A stretch of DNA of 50,111 nucleotides from Octopus bimaculoides (Eukaryota): positions 34,882,919 to 34,933,029 of the forward strand of contig NC_069002.1 in NCBI RefSeq assembly GCF_001194135.2. Reading direction: 5' to 3'. The position numbers and the translations under genes are program-made. The notes under the pieces are model-generated. The model made no database searches, was not told the DNA's origin, and saw only the letters and a list, made by a program, of their open reading frames with translations. Positions 25,324-37,200 of the stretch are shown piece after piece; positions within the stretch are counted from its first letter, which is position 1, and each line of letters opens with the position of its first letter.

Positions 25324-25749
25324 GTATATATATATATTTTATGTGTGTGTGTATGTGTGTGTTCGTCTTTGTATGTGTGTATGTATACTTACACATGTTA
25401 AGCATGTCAATTTTATTTTCGTTATACGTCATGGCACGACGAATTTTCATAACATTTTAATATTCGAAGATATCTAAACATTCAGAAGAATGAACAATTC
25501 AATGCATACTTGTCCCAGTTTTGCTAGATATGCATAAGCTTATACTTATGTAACACCGGATTACACAATGCAATTCACTGTCAGGTATGGGTCATTTCTA
25601 CGAGGTAACTCAAAACATACGTTTAAAACATCTTCATGTTCTTTTGTATACCGAAAGGTAGAGGATAAGTAAGATATAAACGTGTAGGTATGTGTGTACA
25701 TCGTAAAGTAATAAAATCATATAATATATAAAATAAGGTTCACTAGTCT

Positions 25750-25892
25750 GCTACGATAACGCGGCGTGTGAGTAGAATAGCGAGAATGTTGAGCAAAATT
25801 CTTAGATGTATTTCGCATGTCTTTATGTTCTCTGTTCAAATTTCCTCCCTTTCCTGAAATCACTGGGCTTTTATCAAAATTTGAAATCAATA
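25750..25892 (+). mobile_element. SINE family A, degenerate and internally deleted
   Basis: gagcaaaattcttagatgtatttcgcatgtctttatgttctctgttcaaatttcc...atcaaaatttgaaatcaat. Confidence 0.6.
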
Positions 25893-25920
25893 TTGTGCTA
25901 CACTGATCATATATTATTTT

Positions 25921-26120
25921 ACAGGGATTTTGCAGGGAAGTTTAATATAATATCATATGTTTAAAAGCAAGAGATGTACTATGGTGAATGTATGGTTGTA
26001 CTTAATTACATTTTTTATTGTCATCGGTTTATAACGACTGAAGCCGTTTACCGTTCAATTTCTTTTTTATATGCCAAGGACCTTCCACTTGCTGCAGACT
26101 GCAGTATTGTGTATTTTCAC
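25921..26120. repeat. Copy 2 of the local duplication (empty, pre-insertion site)
   Basis: Colinear with 24071-24450 but has a single gttcaatttcttttttat and no SINE. Confidence 0.9.
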
Positions 26121-27352
26121 ATTTTAGATAGTTATAGAGATTCTTTTCGCCCTATGTCTCATACCTCAATTCTGGAACAAAAATGTATTTGAGTACAAAC
26201 GGCATCTATATTCGCTTTGGTAGAATACAGATATTTACATTTCAATTTGTGCTACTGAGTTAGGATTCTTGCACTTAAATTACGGAAAGTGTACTTAGAT
26301 ACTTAGATAAGATTCCACCATCATTGGCCCAGACCATGTCTAATTTAACAGTAAGCAACTTTATAGCTATCGCTAATTATTTTGATATAGTACATAGATG
26401 GTTAATCTGTGATAAATGTGTATTTATTATAGCTGCGTAGCATTTTGCTATAATAAATAGTTTGATGGAAATTGTGAGATAAAAACAGCATTTTTCCTTA
26501 CAGATGCGTGGCACGAACATGTTTCATCTGTTAATAACAAAATTTTTGTGTTGTATAAGATTTCTCTTGTGTGCTTAAAAGCATTTATATTGGAGGATTC
26601 GTCATGCATTTTTCTATTGCTATTATTGATCTATGAAATTAGTGAACACGTCCTAATGTGTTTATTTTGCGATTTGTACGTATCAGAAGTTTAATTAATG
26701 TTATCTTTTGAGGAATATTAATTCACAGATTAGTAGTGATAGTTAATTACACCACGGTTGTTAAAGATATTCAGTAAAGCTTTATACAACGAATGAAATG
26801 TTAGTTATATGACTGTAAAAGAATATATCATGAAAGAAACTCAAAAGCTATAAGTATTCAATAAATGTCTGAAATATCTATTTCAGATTTATTCCACAAG
26901 AAATCGTACTGTCACCTATTCAACCTAAGCAAGACTTCTATGATTCTCTCTACATAGTGTTTTGAAGTTTTCCCACATATTTAAAACCAGAAAAGACAAG
27001 TAGGTGGCAATATCTATAAATGAGTGCTATAACAGCTGTGATATTTCACAGGAATAGACAATTTATTTAAACGCTTCTGAATTTTTAACACGTAACTTGA
27101 AATTTCTGCAGGATTCTACAAGTAATAAATGAAGTGTATTATACACAAATTATCATTAAGACCATTTATCACAAAATACATACAAACACACATACATATA
27201 TATACCCATACACACAGGTGCAAATACACAGGTATACAACTACACCCGAAAATATAGTATGATTTTCATATGTATGTATAATGCATAGATATCGTATTAA
27301 CAGAATTTTTGTTTCATTCCTTTATTTTTTCCGTTCTATTTCACTGAAATAT

Positions 27353-27738
27353 GTTGTTGTTGGCACTCCGTCGCTTACGACGTCGAGGGTTCCAGTTGAT
27401 CCGATCAACAGAACAGCGTGCTCGTGAAATTAACGTGCAACTGGCTGAGCACTCCACAGACACGTGTAGCCTTAACGTAGTTCTCGGGGATTTTCAGCGT
27501 GACACAGTGTAACAAGGCTGACCCTTTGAATTACAGGCACAACAGAAACAGGAAGAAAGAGTGAGAGAAAGTTCTGGTGAAAGAGTACAGCAGGGTTCGC
27601 CACCATCCCCTGCCGGAATCTCGTGGAGCTTTAGGTGTTTTCGCTCAATAAACACTCACAACACCCGGTCTGGGAATCGAAACCGCGATCCTATGACCGC
27701 GAGTCCGCTGCCCTAATCAATGGGCCATTGCGCCGCCA
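27353..27738 (-). mobile_element. SINE family B (tRNA-Arg-like head, (AAC)n tail), full length with an 11-bp TSD
   Basis: TSD cactgaaatat at 27342-27352 and 27739-27749. Head ggcgcaatggcccattgattagggcagcggactcgcggtcataggatcgcggtttcgattccc has A-box, B-box and a TCG anticodon-like loop. Consistent with the tRNA-Arg-derived octopus OR-type SINEs; family name not verified. Confidence 0.93.
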
Positions 27739-29564
27739 CACTGAAATATAAATTTAACGTAAAATTATGACATATATACAATAAGCTACATGTTACATGT
27801 AGTCTCTGGTAATTAACATATTTGGATTATATGATTTACATTGTATATGTACTTACAGAGATTACCGCTCATATATATATATATATATAATTGTGACTAC
27901 ATGTGACTAAGGTGCTAAGAAACACCTACATTGCTAGACATAAGAGTTAAAATGATATAATGCTGTAGTTAATAGACATGAAAGAAAACACACACTATCA
28001 AGGACCTGAACTGTTCGAAAAATGCCGATCGAGAATACGTAACACTGCCAACATTTCTACAGTAACTTCAGTGGTGAATTGAATTAATTTGACATCTGCT
28101 TGATCACGAACCCTTTCTGAAGCAGGACAAAAAATGGTCCACATGGTATCGATGTACAAATGACATATGCTCATATATCTGTGTGTGTGCGTGGCTGGCT
28201 CATTTCCTTTCTTTGCTCTACTCTCTCTCAGAGTGCACATCTAGTCTTAATTTCAGACATATTCGCAGATATCTACAGCTTCGAATCGAAACAACAGTAA
28301 TAAATACAATTATGAAATATACACATATAAATTCTTTTCAGCTATAACGAACATTGCTCTCTCCATTTCAATCACTTCTTTTTCTTTACCTACTTTGCAT
28401 TCGGTTAACTTTTTTTTTTTATTCTATAGGTTGGAATTTTAAATCATTCTTCACATTCGTTGTAGAATGCACTAGCATATAATGTTAATGGCAGGTCAAG
28501 TGTGTCATGTGAGACAATTCATTGATAGCTTAACAATTTTAGAGGACACCTTTTTTTTTCATTATATAAAATTTATTCAATAGAACAGGATAGAAATTAG
28601 GTTTTAAAAAAAGCATTGTATCAATTCACGTGAATCCAATCCACGTAGAAATTTTTCTCCTGCTATAATCATATTAGACCAGTCTTTACTTTTCTTTATC
28701 AGAAAGTCAAGTATGAAATATCACGTGGGAGTAAAACTTAAAAGTCAGAATCTGTTTAACAATGACAGTGAGCGCTGCACTCAGTCACAATGAACATTTA
28801 AAACGTCCTATCTAATTATGTTAATCGGTTCAGACAGTTGATATCATTAACATGTAATGCCTTTTGTACAGCTTCCTCAGTGTGTTTAGTTTCCAAGTAT
28901 AAAAAGAAATCAAATATTGTACAACCTAGTAGACGTAACTATATTTAACAGAAATATAAGTGCAAGTAATTGCAGATGCTATACGTTCATCTTGTTGCAT
29001 AGAAAGAAGCATATATTTTTAAATTACGTACTTTCTCAGATGAGGCGGCTATGTTAGCATTTAGAAGAACCATTGCTAGTAATTTCGGAGATTAAATCAA
29101 TAGTATTAGGTTTATATTCTATTTTTGTTTCTCCTGGGAAAGGGATACTGAAACGCATAAATATAAACACGGGGACTCAAACGTGTAAAAAATAACATAA
29201 ACGCTGGAAGATGTGTTTTTTTTTATATTTCAAAAACAGACGATAACCCGACACCACAAGGACATGGTCTCTGCCATCCAGTGGCTTTGTTCTAAACTTT
29301 AATGTTCTTCTCATTGTAAATCTTGTAATGATCAAGTAAGATGTATGATTTAGTGTTACATTTCAGTCTTCGATTGTGTTCGATTCTTAATGCCGTTAAA
29401 AGGAAGCTAGTTCAGAAAAAAAAAATAGCAGACGGAATATAAATCTTGAGCAAAATTAAACAATTTCGAATGACTTCACATTCCGTAACAGGAAATATGT
29501 AGCGGAATCGTATACATGCGTGTGTGTTTGTCTATGTGTATGCACATGTAAATGCATTTATATA

Positions 29565-29772
29565 TACGAGGGATTGCAGAAAAATTCCTGGATTTGTCAA
29601 AAAGGAAATAAAGGAAGATCACTTAATTATAATTTTATTCAACATATTCCCCTCTCAAGTTTACACACTTATTGTACTGGTTCATCAGGATTTTAAATAC
29701 CTGTAAAAAGAACTTAGAAGGTTGATCCGCCAGCCAGGCCTTTCCCGATAACCTTATAGCCAAGACCTCGTA
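29565..29772 (-). mobile_element. Mariner-derived MITE (copy 2)
   Basis: TAcgagggattgcagaaaaattcctgg at 29565 and cctcgTA at 29766-29772; the minus strand encodes KAWLADQPSKFFLQVFKILMNQYNKCVNLRGEYVE*, the canonical mariner C-terminus. Confidence 0.82.
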
Positions 29773-31579
29773 TATGTGTGTGTATCCGTTTATGAATATG
29801 GATGCGCCTATGTGCAAATGTATGAATATTAGTTTGTTTCTCGTTTAGGATTGCTGTTTTTAGCGTATTAAAATTATTGGTCTTGCTCTTCTTAAATCTT
29901 CGTTTGTGATTAGTAATTTAAATCAATTTCTGGTGCTTATTCTTCATGGAAACATTGATGTTGATGAATGCGGAAAAAATACTATTATTGTAGCGAATGT
30001 TTTGTAAATATATGCTAAGCAAATTCTCAACAAATTGAAAACTCTCTTAATGAAATTTTACCCAATTAATAGCAAAAGACGAGAAAACACATAATTCTGT
30101 TTAAATTTAAAATTCCTGTTAGTTTAACTCCACTAAATCCATCAATAAACAAAACGTAGAAAAAAGGTGAATTACTCAATTTTCTGAACGTCGTCTTAAT
30201 TTTAACAAGTTAAACAGACTATGGCATGGCGACTGGAAGGTAAATTTTATTATATTAATTATGCAAAATAAGATTGTTTCGTTTATAAATGGATTAGTTA
30301 CGCGAAAGAAAACAAGGAGAAATAGCTCAATCAAATAATTGCAGTAACGTGGAAACTTCCATTATTGGTTATGTAGGGAAAACGTTTCTAACAACCTGGT
30401 GACATGCGATGCAAAGGACTGTCTCCACAAGTTTTGGAGTCGTCCTTGCATATTTAGGGTATAGTGATTGATGTTCTTCAATATTATCAACTAAACTACT
30501 TTTTGCCAAATAGAACCGAAACGGAAAGGAAGAAGTATGGTTTTGTGGTGAAGAAACATCGGTATGAATTTGTAAAGCACAACAAATTCAATGGGTAGAA
30601 GCATTGAGTCTGTTACCATTTTTGAATCTCAATTTGAAACATCTCTTAAATATATTCTAATTGCAAATATAAATCAGTTGCTAGTAACTGAAGTTATACT
30701 ATTGTTAGAGTTGTTAGAGATTCAGAGAAACAATACGTTGCAGTTATAGTGCTAGTTCTCAAGTCTCTGCGGTCAAAATCCACTGAAATCTACTTTCATT
30801 TACACAGGTTCTCAAAAAAAAAAAACGGGTGGCCTATATAAGTAATTGACAGCATTTTGGGCAGGTTGGAAAAGAGACATTGCGGATTTTGTTCCGGTGG
30901 TTTACTTCCGAAGTTCAGCTGCGATGACACGTCTCCATATGTAATTATGTCTTTCTTTGGGATAACATCGGGAGAAGGTAGACTTGCTGAATGCGGAATT
31001 GTTGGCCCACCATCTAATATGATATTTTGAAGTCTTGTGTACTGGAGAGAAGCTAAGAGTCGGAGGCTCTACAAAATATGTTTAATACAAATCTATCCAA
31101 AATCTCCATCGAGTTTTAAGACAATAAATTTTGCTATGAGATCGATACTGCTGCTTATATTACAAGGTAAGCGACCTTTTTTTTCCCCTTTTTCGAGATT
31201 TGAATAATTGGCTGGCATGCCCTGTGTATAAGTGTAGCCTTTTCTCAGGGGAAGAAGTTATTGGAGCAACAGCCACCGCAAGATCATCAAATTCAGTTGT
31301 TTAAACACTGTTTGTTAGAACTCTGTACCTTTTAGAGCAAGGGATATTTATCTTAGCCACGGTCTGAATTCCGCTTTGCCTGATATTATTTCATGCTCAT
31401 TCAAATTGGGAATTACATCAAATTCGCACCTTTTTGTGGAATATTAATATACGTAAAAATTAATCCAATGAGGAGGTACTACAATAAGTTAGACAACGGA
31501 ATAACTATCGCCGAAACAGATGGAGGTCCATTTACCATTTATTATAGAGAAACCAGTGTAGACCTTGTCTGTTAAACAA

Positions 31580-32292
31580 CAAGGTCAGACAAGTAGGTCA
31601 ATGAGTTCCTCACAAACTTTCCGAGACTAATCGCACGCAGAGGGTAAATGTGTGATCTCTTTTGCTGACACGTCTCACGAATGGAGCTTGTTTTGGACCG
31701 AATAGTGGCTAGCGATAAGAAATGGGTTCACTATAAAAAAATTCAAGCACCGAAGACAGAGGGGAGGGAAAGAAAAAATACAGGTAAACCAACATAAATA
31801 AGGTCTTGTAATCTGTTCTGTAGGATATGAAATTTTTAGTCTACTTTGAACTATTAAATACAAACCAAGCGGAAAAAATACGACCTTTTTTCGTTTCAAA
31901 ACGTAAGTCGTTCTTCTATCAGGATAACGCTTGGCCACATACAGCGAGGATGGTATTCTAAACGCTGGGGCAGTTTGAATGGGAAACGATAACCCACCCA
32001 CCATATTCGTCGGACAATGCCCCATGTGATTATCATTTATTCTGCAGTTTTCAGAATCATTTGGACGGAAGAAATATGAATCCCGTAGACGAGGTCAGAA
32101 CAGTACTGGATGAATATTTTTCGTCATGGACAAGAGAATTTTGGAAGAGGGGCCTTGTAAGTCTACCAGAAAGATGGAAGAACATTGTAGAAAATGAAAG
32201 AGTGAGTATTTCAGATCAAAAATGGATTTTACATTAATTTCGATAGAATAAAAGATGTATTAAAAACCGCATTATTTATGGATGAACTTATA
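31580..32292 (+). pseudogene. Second decayed mariner transposase, 3' two-thirds, with an Hsmar1/cecropia-like right TIR
   Basis: GQ*VPHKLSETNRTQRVN, LDRIVASDKKWVHY, FYQDNAWPHTAR, WETITHPPYSSDNAPCDYHLFCSFQNHLDG, FWKRGLVSLPERWKNIVEN. The end aaaaccgcattatttatggatgaacttata resembles the reverse complement of ttaggttggtgcaaaagtaattgcggtttt. Confidence 0.9.
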
Positions 32293-32589
32293 ATTCACAT
32301 TTAGACGTTTCATAATTTATATTATGTTAATTTTATTTTTGACTCCTTGTATTTTAATTTTATCTTTGATTTCTTCGAAGGAATGTAATCATGTATAGCG
32401 TGTCCAAGATTCGTATTTTTGCTAATTTATTATAGATGCTTTTTATTTCTATATGGACTATATGTCATAACGGAATATATGGACTACATGATTTTATCCT
32501 ATATTTCATAGTTAACTGGTTGTATAAACCAATTTTCGCCTTGTGATCCTGATAAATATAGTTCCTCAGGTTCAAATATTAGATGAGGT

Positions 32590-33400
32590 ATTATGAATGC
32601 TATGATTACTTGCTTTCCTACCTGGTCTAGGTAGGTCATATAGTGAGCAATCAGGAATATTATGACTTATATTATTTGAATAGCTAGAGTATTCATGTCA
32701 ACTACTTTCTTTTCGGCTTTCAGCTCTGTATTCAGCATTAATCTAGTGCTCTTAGAATATTACTTCCTAATGTTTACTTTAATTTGTGTCTCTTGTACAA
32801 TATCTAGTTCATTGATTCCGAAGTAATTGTATGTCTGCTTTTCGTTAAATTCTCTTATCTCAGTTTCTTTATTTAGTATTTTATTGTTCTTAATTACGCT
32901 TTCTTTCTTCAAGGTCGCTTGACTCGAACATATTTCTTTCTTTTGAAATCCGCGTACTCTTTGCAGTAATATTGTGCAGTGTTTATCATTCGCAGCATAC
33001 AGCTCGATATCACCTCTACACAAAAGACAGTAATTTGCCTTCACGTAGCATATATACCGAGTCCGTAGTTCCATTATGAATATTGGTCAAAGACTCCAAC
33101 GCCAAGGAGAAAAGCAATAATAAGAGGGAGTACTCCAGGACAATTCCGTTTCCAATGAGCAGGGGTTGTGTTTTAGTAGTTGTCTCTTTTGTATTTTAAC
33201 TGTGAATCTCATTGCCAATTATTTAAGACATATTTCATACATTTTCTTATTATTAATTCTACCTCATTCATGGCTAGTTTCCCAGAATCGATGTATCAAA
33301 AGCTTGCGAATACTCAATCCATGTTACTTATTTTACTTGTGGCAGCTTTTAGGTTAATTGCTATTGATCAATAATTTCAATAATTAATATTTTTAGTCAT
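32590..33400 (-). mobile_element. R4/Dong-clade non-LTR RT fossil
   Basis: Minus-strand translation: WIEYSQAFDT (~WIDY.KAFDS), NGIVLEYSLLLLLFSLAL (~RGIFQGDSLSPLLF..AL), DIELYAAND (~MDDLKLYA), TYNYFGINE, NIRK*Y..TRLMLNTELKAEK (~KEY..R.R.ILK.EL..KN). May extend to ~33700. Confidence 0.78.
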
Positions 33401-34375
33401 GTGAGCATTTACATCATCTCACCTATTCTTCTGAGAAAAAGGTTTTTAATTTTGCTCTGCATTTTGCTCACATTCTGCCATATTATTGCATCCGCCTATG
33501 CTTTACTTTGTGTTTATAGTTTTCAGCTTTTAACATTTGTCCGGACTTGGAGCTTACGATGTTCTTTTCTTTTCTGGTAAATGTAATGGAGCTTCTACCG
33601 AGACTAATAACAAAGAATAATTAATGAATTCTCTAAATTCATTATAGAATATATTTTAAAAACTAAAGTGTGCGTATATGAAAATTACTCTGTCTATGCA
33701 CTTTAAATTTTCTTGTATAACATCAACTCGAGCCAGAAATCAATTATACAAAATGACTATTTATATGGAGTGACTACACTCCTGCTTATTTGATAAAATA
33801 ACCACTAAATATTATATTGGGAAAGTTGTGTGGATTAAAGATTATAATTAACAAATGATTAACTGTCTAGGAGAAATAAAAATAATTCATATTTAAAATC
33901 AATCAAATTTTTATATTTAATCTCCGAAGAAATAATGAGATAACGAATTAAATTTTAAAGGTTTTAATATCTTTTGAAATTATAAGAGCAAAATACGAAA
34001 ACACTAAACAATATATTAGAAAATCTTACGGAAGATTTAAGAGGAAAGGTGAAATGGGAAAAAGAGAATTCTAAGAAAGCTACGAAGAATTAGATAAAAA
34101 GAAAAGTATGCCAATATTATCAGGAATATGAAAAATGGTGTCCAAAAGACGAAAAGTGGATAACTATGTTGAGTTTTGAATATCTAAATAATTAAATTAA
34201 TCAGTTATAATATCATTAATTAAATTTTAGTTTGTTCGAAATCCTAAGAAAATATATTCAGTCAAATGAGATTTAAGAAGAAATGATTGAGAAGGTTTTT
34301 TTTCTTTTACGTATAGTACATTAATGCTTATATGCGGGTGTTGAGAGTGAATCTCACTTTACGCCACACTTCGCA

Positions 34376-34583
34376 GTTTCAGTCATAATATTGCGGCCAC
34401 GCTGGGGCCACGCTTTGAAGAACTAAAGCACCTCATTGCTCAAATGGTACTTATTTAATGAATCTCGAACGGATGGATAGCAAAGCCGACCGCGTCAGAA
34501 TTTGAACATGGATGGGAAATCTGGGTGAAATGCCGCTAACTATTTTGGCCGGCATGCGAACGGTTCTGTCACCTGATCGCCTT
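34376..34583 (-). mobile_element. SINE family A head and body with a third type of 3' tail (aaagcgtggccccagcgtggccgcaatattatgactgaaac)
   Basis: The reverse complement starts aaggcgatcaggtgacagaaccgttcgcatgccggccaaaatagttagcggcatttc and contains gttcaaattctgacgcggtcggctttgc. Confidence 0.75.
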
Positions 34584-34812
34584 TTATTAAATTGATATAT
34601 TGATGATTAAGTATTTTACTTTGAATGAAAAGACAGAACAAACAATTAGATTTCAAGTTGTGACGAACGGTTTTGGCGACAGAGGTAACTATGTCAAATT
34701 TATTGACACACTAAGTAAATGTAGAAGCTTACGAGGTGTCCATGAGAATAATTTGACTGAAAATGAACGGTCAAAATAAATAGATGACCATCTCATAGAA
34801 TCATTGTAAAAG

Positions 34813-34860
34813 TAATGAGATTCAAAACCAATGAGGTCCAAAAGCAATGAGATCCAAACT
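34813..34860. repeat. Imperfect 16-bp tandem repeat x3
   Basis: taatgagattcaaaac / caatgaggtccaaaag / caatgagatccaaact. Confidence 0.8.
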
Positions 34861-35263
34861 TCAAAATTAATTTCTTTAATTATTAGTGGAACCACTGACA
34901 CTACGAACATTAGATACTACGTATGTTTCGTTAGATATTAGATAACATGGTGCAAGTCAGGTTGGTAGGGTTTAAAAATGTCTCAGGCAGATCGAACCTC
35001 CTAAAGGTTTTATACATTTGTTATAAATCGTACTCAGAATACACGAATGGGAAAGCCAAGTCTTTCTTCCGTCGTATGATGTTACTGTCGTGCTTGGAGA
35101 GGCGTATGCGAGGCAGTGGAGTTAAAGTAAAATATATAAATCCCTCATTCAATTGTCTGACCGCAACTTAAATGTTTTCTCGTTTCAGGCAAGGGCGAAA
35201 ATAAGTCAGTGCAATTGAGTTTCCGCATAGCAATTTATTGTCTGAATTTTATGTAACACGTAG

Positions 35264-35646
35264 AAGCGCAACGGCCCAGTGGTTAGGGTAGCGGACTCGG
35301 GGTCATAGGATCGTGGTTTCGATTCCCAGACCGGGCGTTGTGAGTATTTATTGAGCGAAAACACCTAAAGCTCCACGAGGCTCCAGCAGGGGATGGTGGC
35401 GAACCCAGCTGTACTCTTCCACCACAATTTTCTCTCACTCTTGCTTCCTGTTTCTCTTGTGCTTGTAATTCAAAGGTTCAGCATTGTCACACTGTGTCAC
35501 GCTGAATATTCCCGAGAAATACGTTAAGGGTACACGTGTCTGTGGAGTGCTCAGCCACTTGCACGTTAATTTCACGAGCAGTCTGTTCCGTTGATCGGAT
35601 CAACTGGAACCCTTGACGTCGTAGGCGATGTAGTGCCAACAACAAC
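35264..35646 (+). mobile_element. SINE family B, full length
   Basis: About 35 differences in ~385 nt versus the reverse complement of 27353-27738 (hand count); possible degenerate TSD ttttatgtaaca/ttaatgtaaaa. Confidence 0.93.
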
Positions 35647-36809
35647 TTAATGTAAAACAACTTTATTATTTATCCATTTGATATGGAAGAGTGCTTCAGA
35701 ACATTTGCGAAACGAAAGAAAAAAGATGATTTTGAAGATTAGATGAATGAAATGAACCTTGATTTAGGAGACAAAGTAGAAACATCTTATTAACAATGTC
35801 ATTCTCAAGACATTATAAACATGCCACGACTCTTTACCAGCCCACTATTATTCTATAGAGAAAATAATTTCCAAAAACGTGCGTTTAGATTTTAGGAAGG
35901 TGTAGATGCGGTATTGATATTTAGTTAGGTTGGTTAGGTTACTTTTTGTTGTCCTTATTAACACCAAGTCCATCTGAAGATTTCCGGGAAATCATTTATT
36001 TACGCATGGACATTGCAATGACTCTCATTGTGCTTGGAGAAGTGAGAATATTGTATTTATGTTAGTTCAGGTGATAAGTTTTAACCCTAGATCGTGCACC
36101 TGAACTAGAATCCTGCTCACCAATCTTTTCTTCGACCACCCGAACCTCTCCAATGAGTGTTTCTCGAGTTTATAGTTATGACCGTATTTTGGTTGGAAAC
36201 GCAAGATGTCAGCACGAAATCATACGATCGGATGATCGCAGCTTAACAACAATTGGTCAATTCAGGGCAATTCACCTGATAAGCTTTTACATATTTTGTG
36301 AGTATTAATCTGATACTGTTTCAAATATAAGACCCACTAAATCATCAGTAAAATATAGTTTGATAATTATGTATTTTACGGAAATAAAGGTCTGCGTACC
36401 AGGAAAGTTGTAATATAAAAACGAAGGAAAACATTTGTCCTTTATAACACTAAATGAATTGGAAAAACTTGCTTAAAGTTTACGATCCCAGGAAAGTTGT
36501 CATTATTGACAGCGCAGCTTCTTGGCTTTGAAGGGTATTAAAATATAATCCACAAAGACTCAGGAATGTGAATCATTGATAAGGTAAATCCCTCTACACA
36601 TTAAAAATCGAAAAATAATGATTACACTTACGCGGCAAGTAAGAATTTTACAGAAAATGTACCGATAATTTTGTCTGTAGACCAAGAGTACTTCCATTGA
36701 ACTATGATTGAAATGGTATGTTTAAGAAATTGTTAGATCATATTTGAGGTGCTACATGAATTAATAAACAGACATTAATGCTTACACTATAACATCATCG
36801 CAGCGAAAT

Positions 36810-37200
36810 AAATATATAGGGTTAAGATTCTACGTATAATATCAAAGTAAGTGAATTTAGCCTTATTCTTAATATTCTTAAACCAATTTATTACTGTGAA
36901 ACTGTTATTCTCTCGTTGAAGCCCAGTAATTTCTCTAGTTCTATTATTAATGTTTTTTTAGTATATTTCTAGCTACTACAGCAATTTCAGATCTCGCTGA
37001 GTTTAACAATTATAAGTAGGTTTATCATGAAAATTAGGTTTATAGTCTTTTAAAGTAATAAAAGCTTCTCTCTTAGCTAAGCCTTCTAATTTATCGTTGA
37101 TTCTACTAAGCGAGGAATTTAGCCTCATCATTAACATCATTTTATCTTCCTATGTTAGCTTTCTTATATTTAGTTTTTAGGGTCTTTTAGCGACTTATCA
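36810..37200 (-). mobile_element. Penelope-like element RT fossil
   Basis: Minus-strand frames give INDKLEGLAKREAFITLKDYKPNFHDKPT, SARSEIAVVARNILKNINNRTREITGLQR and INWFKNIKNKAKFTYFDI. These match the Penelope-like RT pattern AFITLKDHK.NF...P.CRLINP.KSEIG.ISK.IL..IN...WF..I..K...F..FDI. Confidence 0.78.

Noticed and set aside
27670-27738. tRNA-Arg(TCG)-like sequence (also at 35264-35330)
   Set aside because: It is the head of a SINE: it continues into a ~320-nt body with tail and TSD and lacks a proper acceptor stem.
27790-27910. 10-13 bp inverted repeat (acatgtagtc/gactacatgt)
   Set aside because: Short, AT-rich and adjacent to (TA)n; plausibly chance.
33750-34260. A-rich coding-like stretch next to the R4/Dong fossil
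   Set aside because: Many stops and no identifiable motif.
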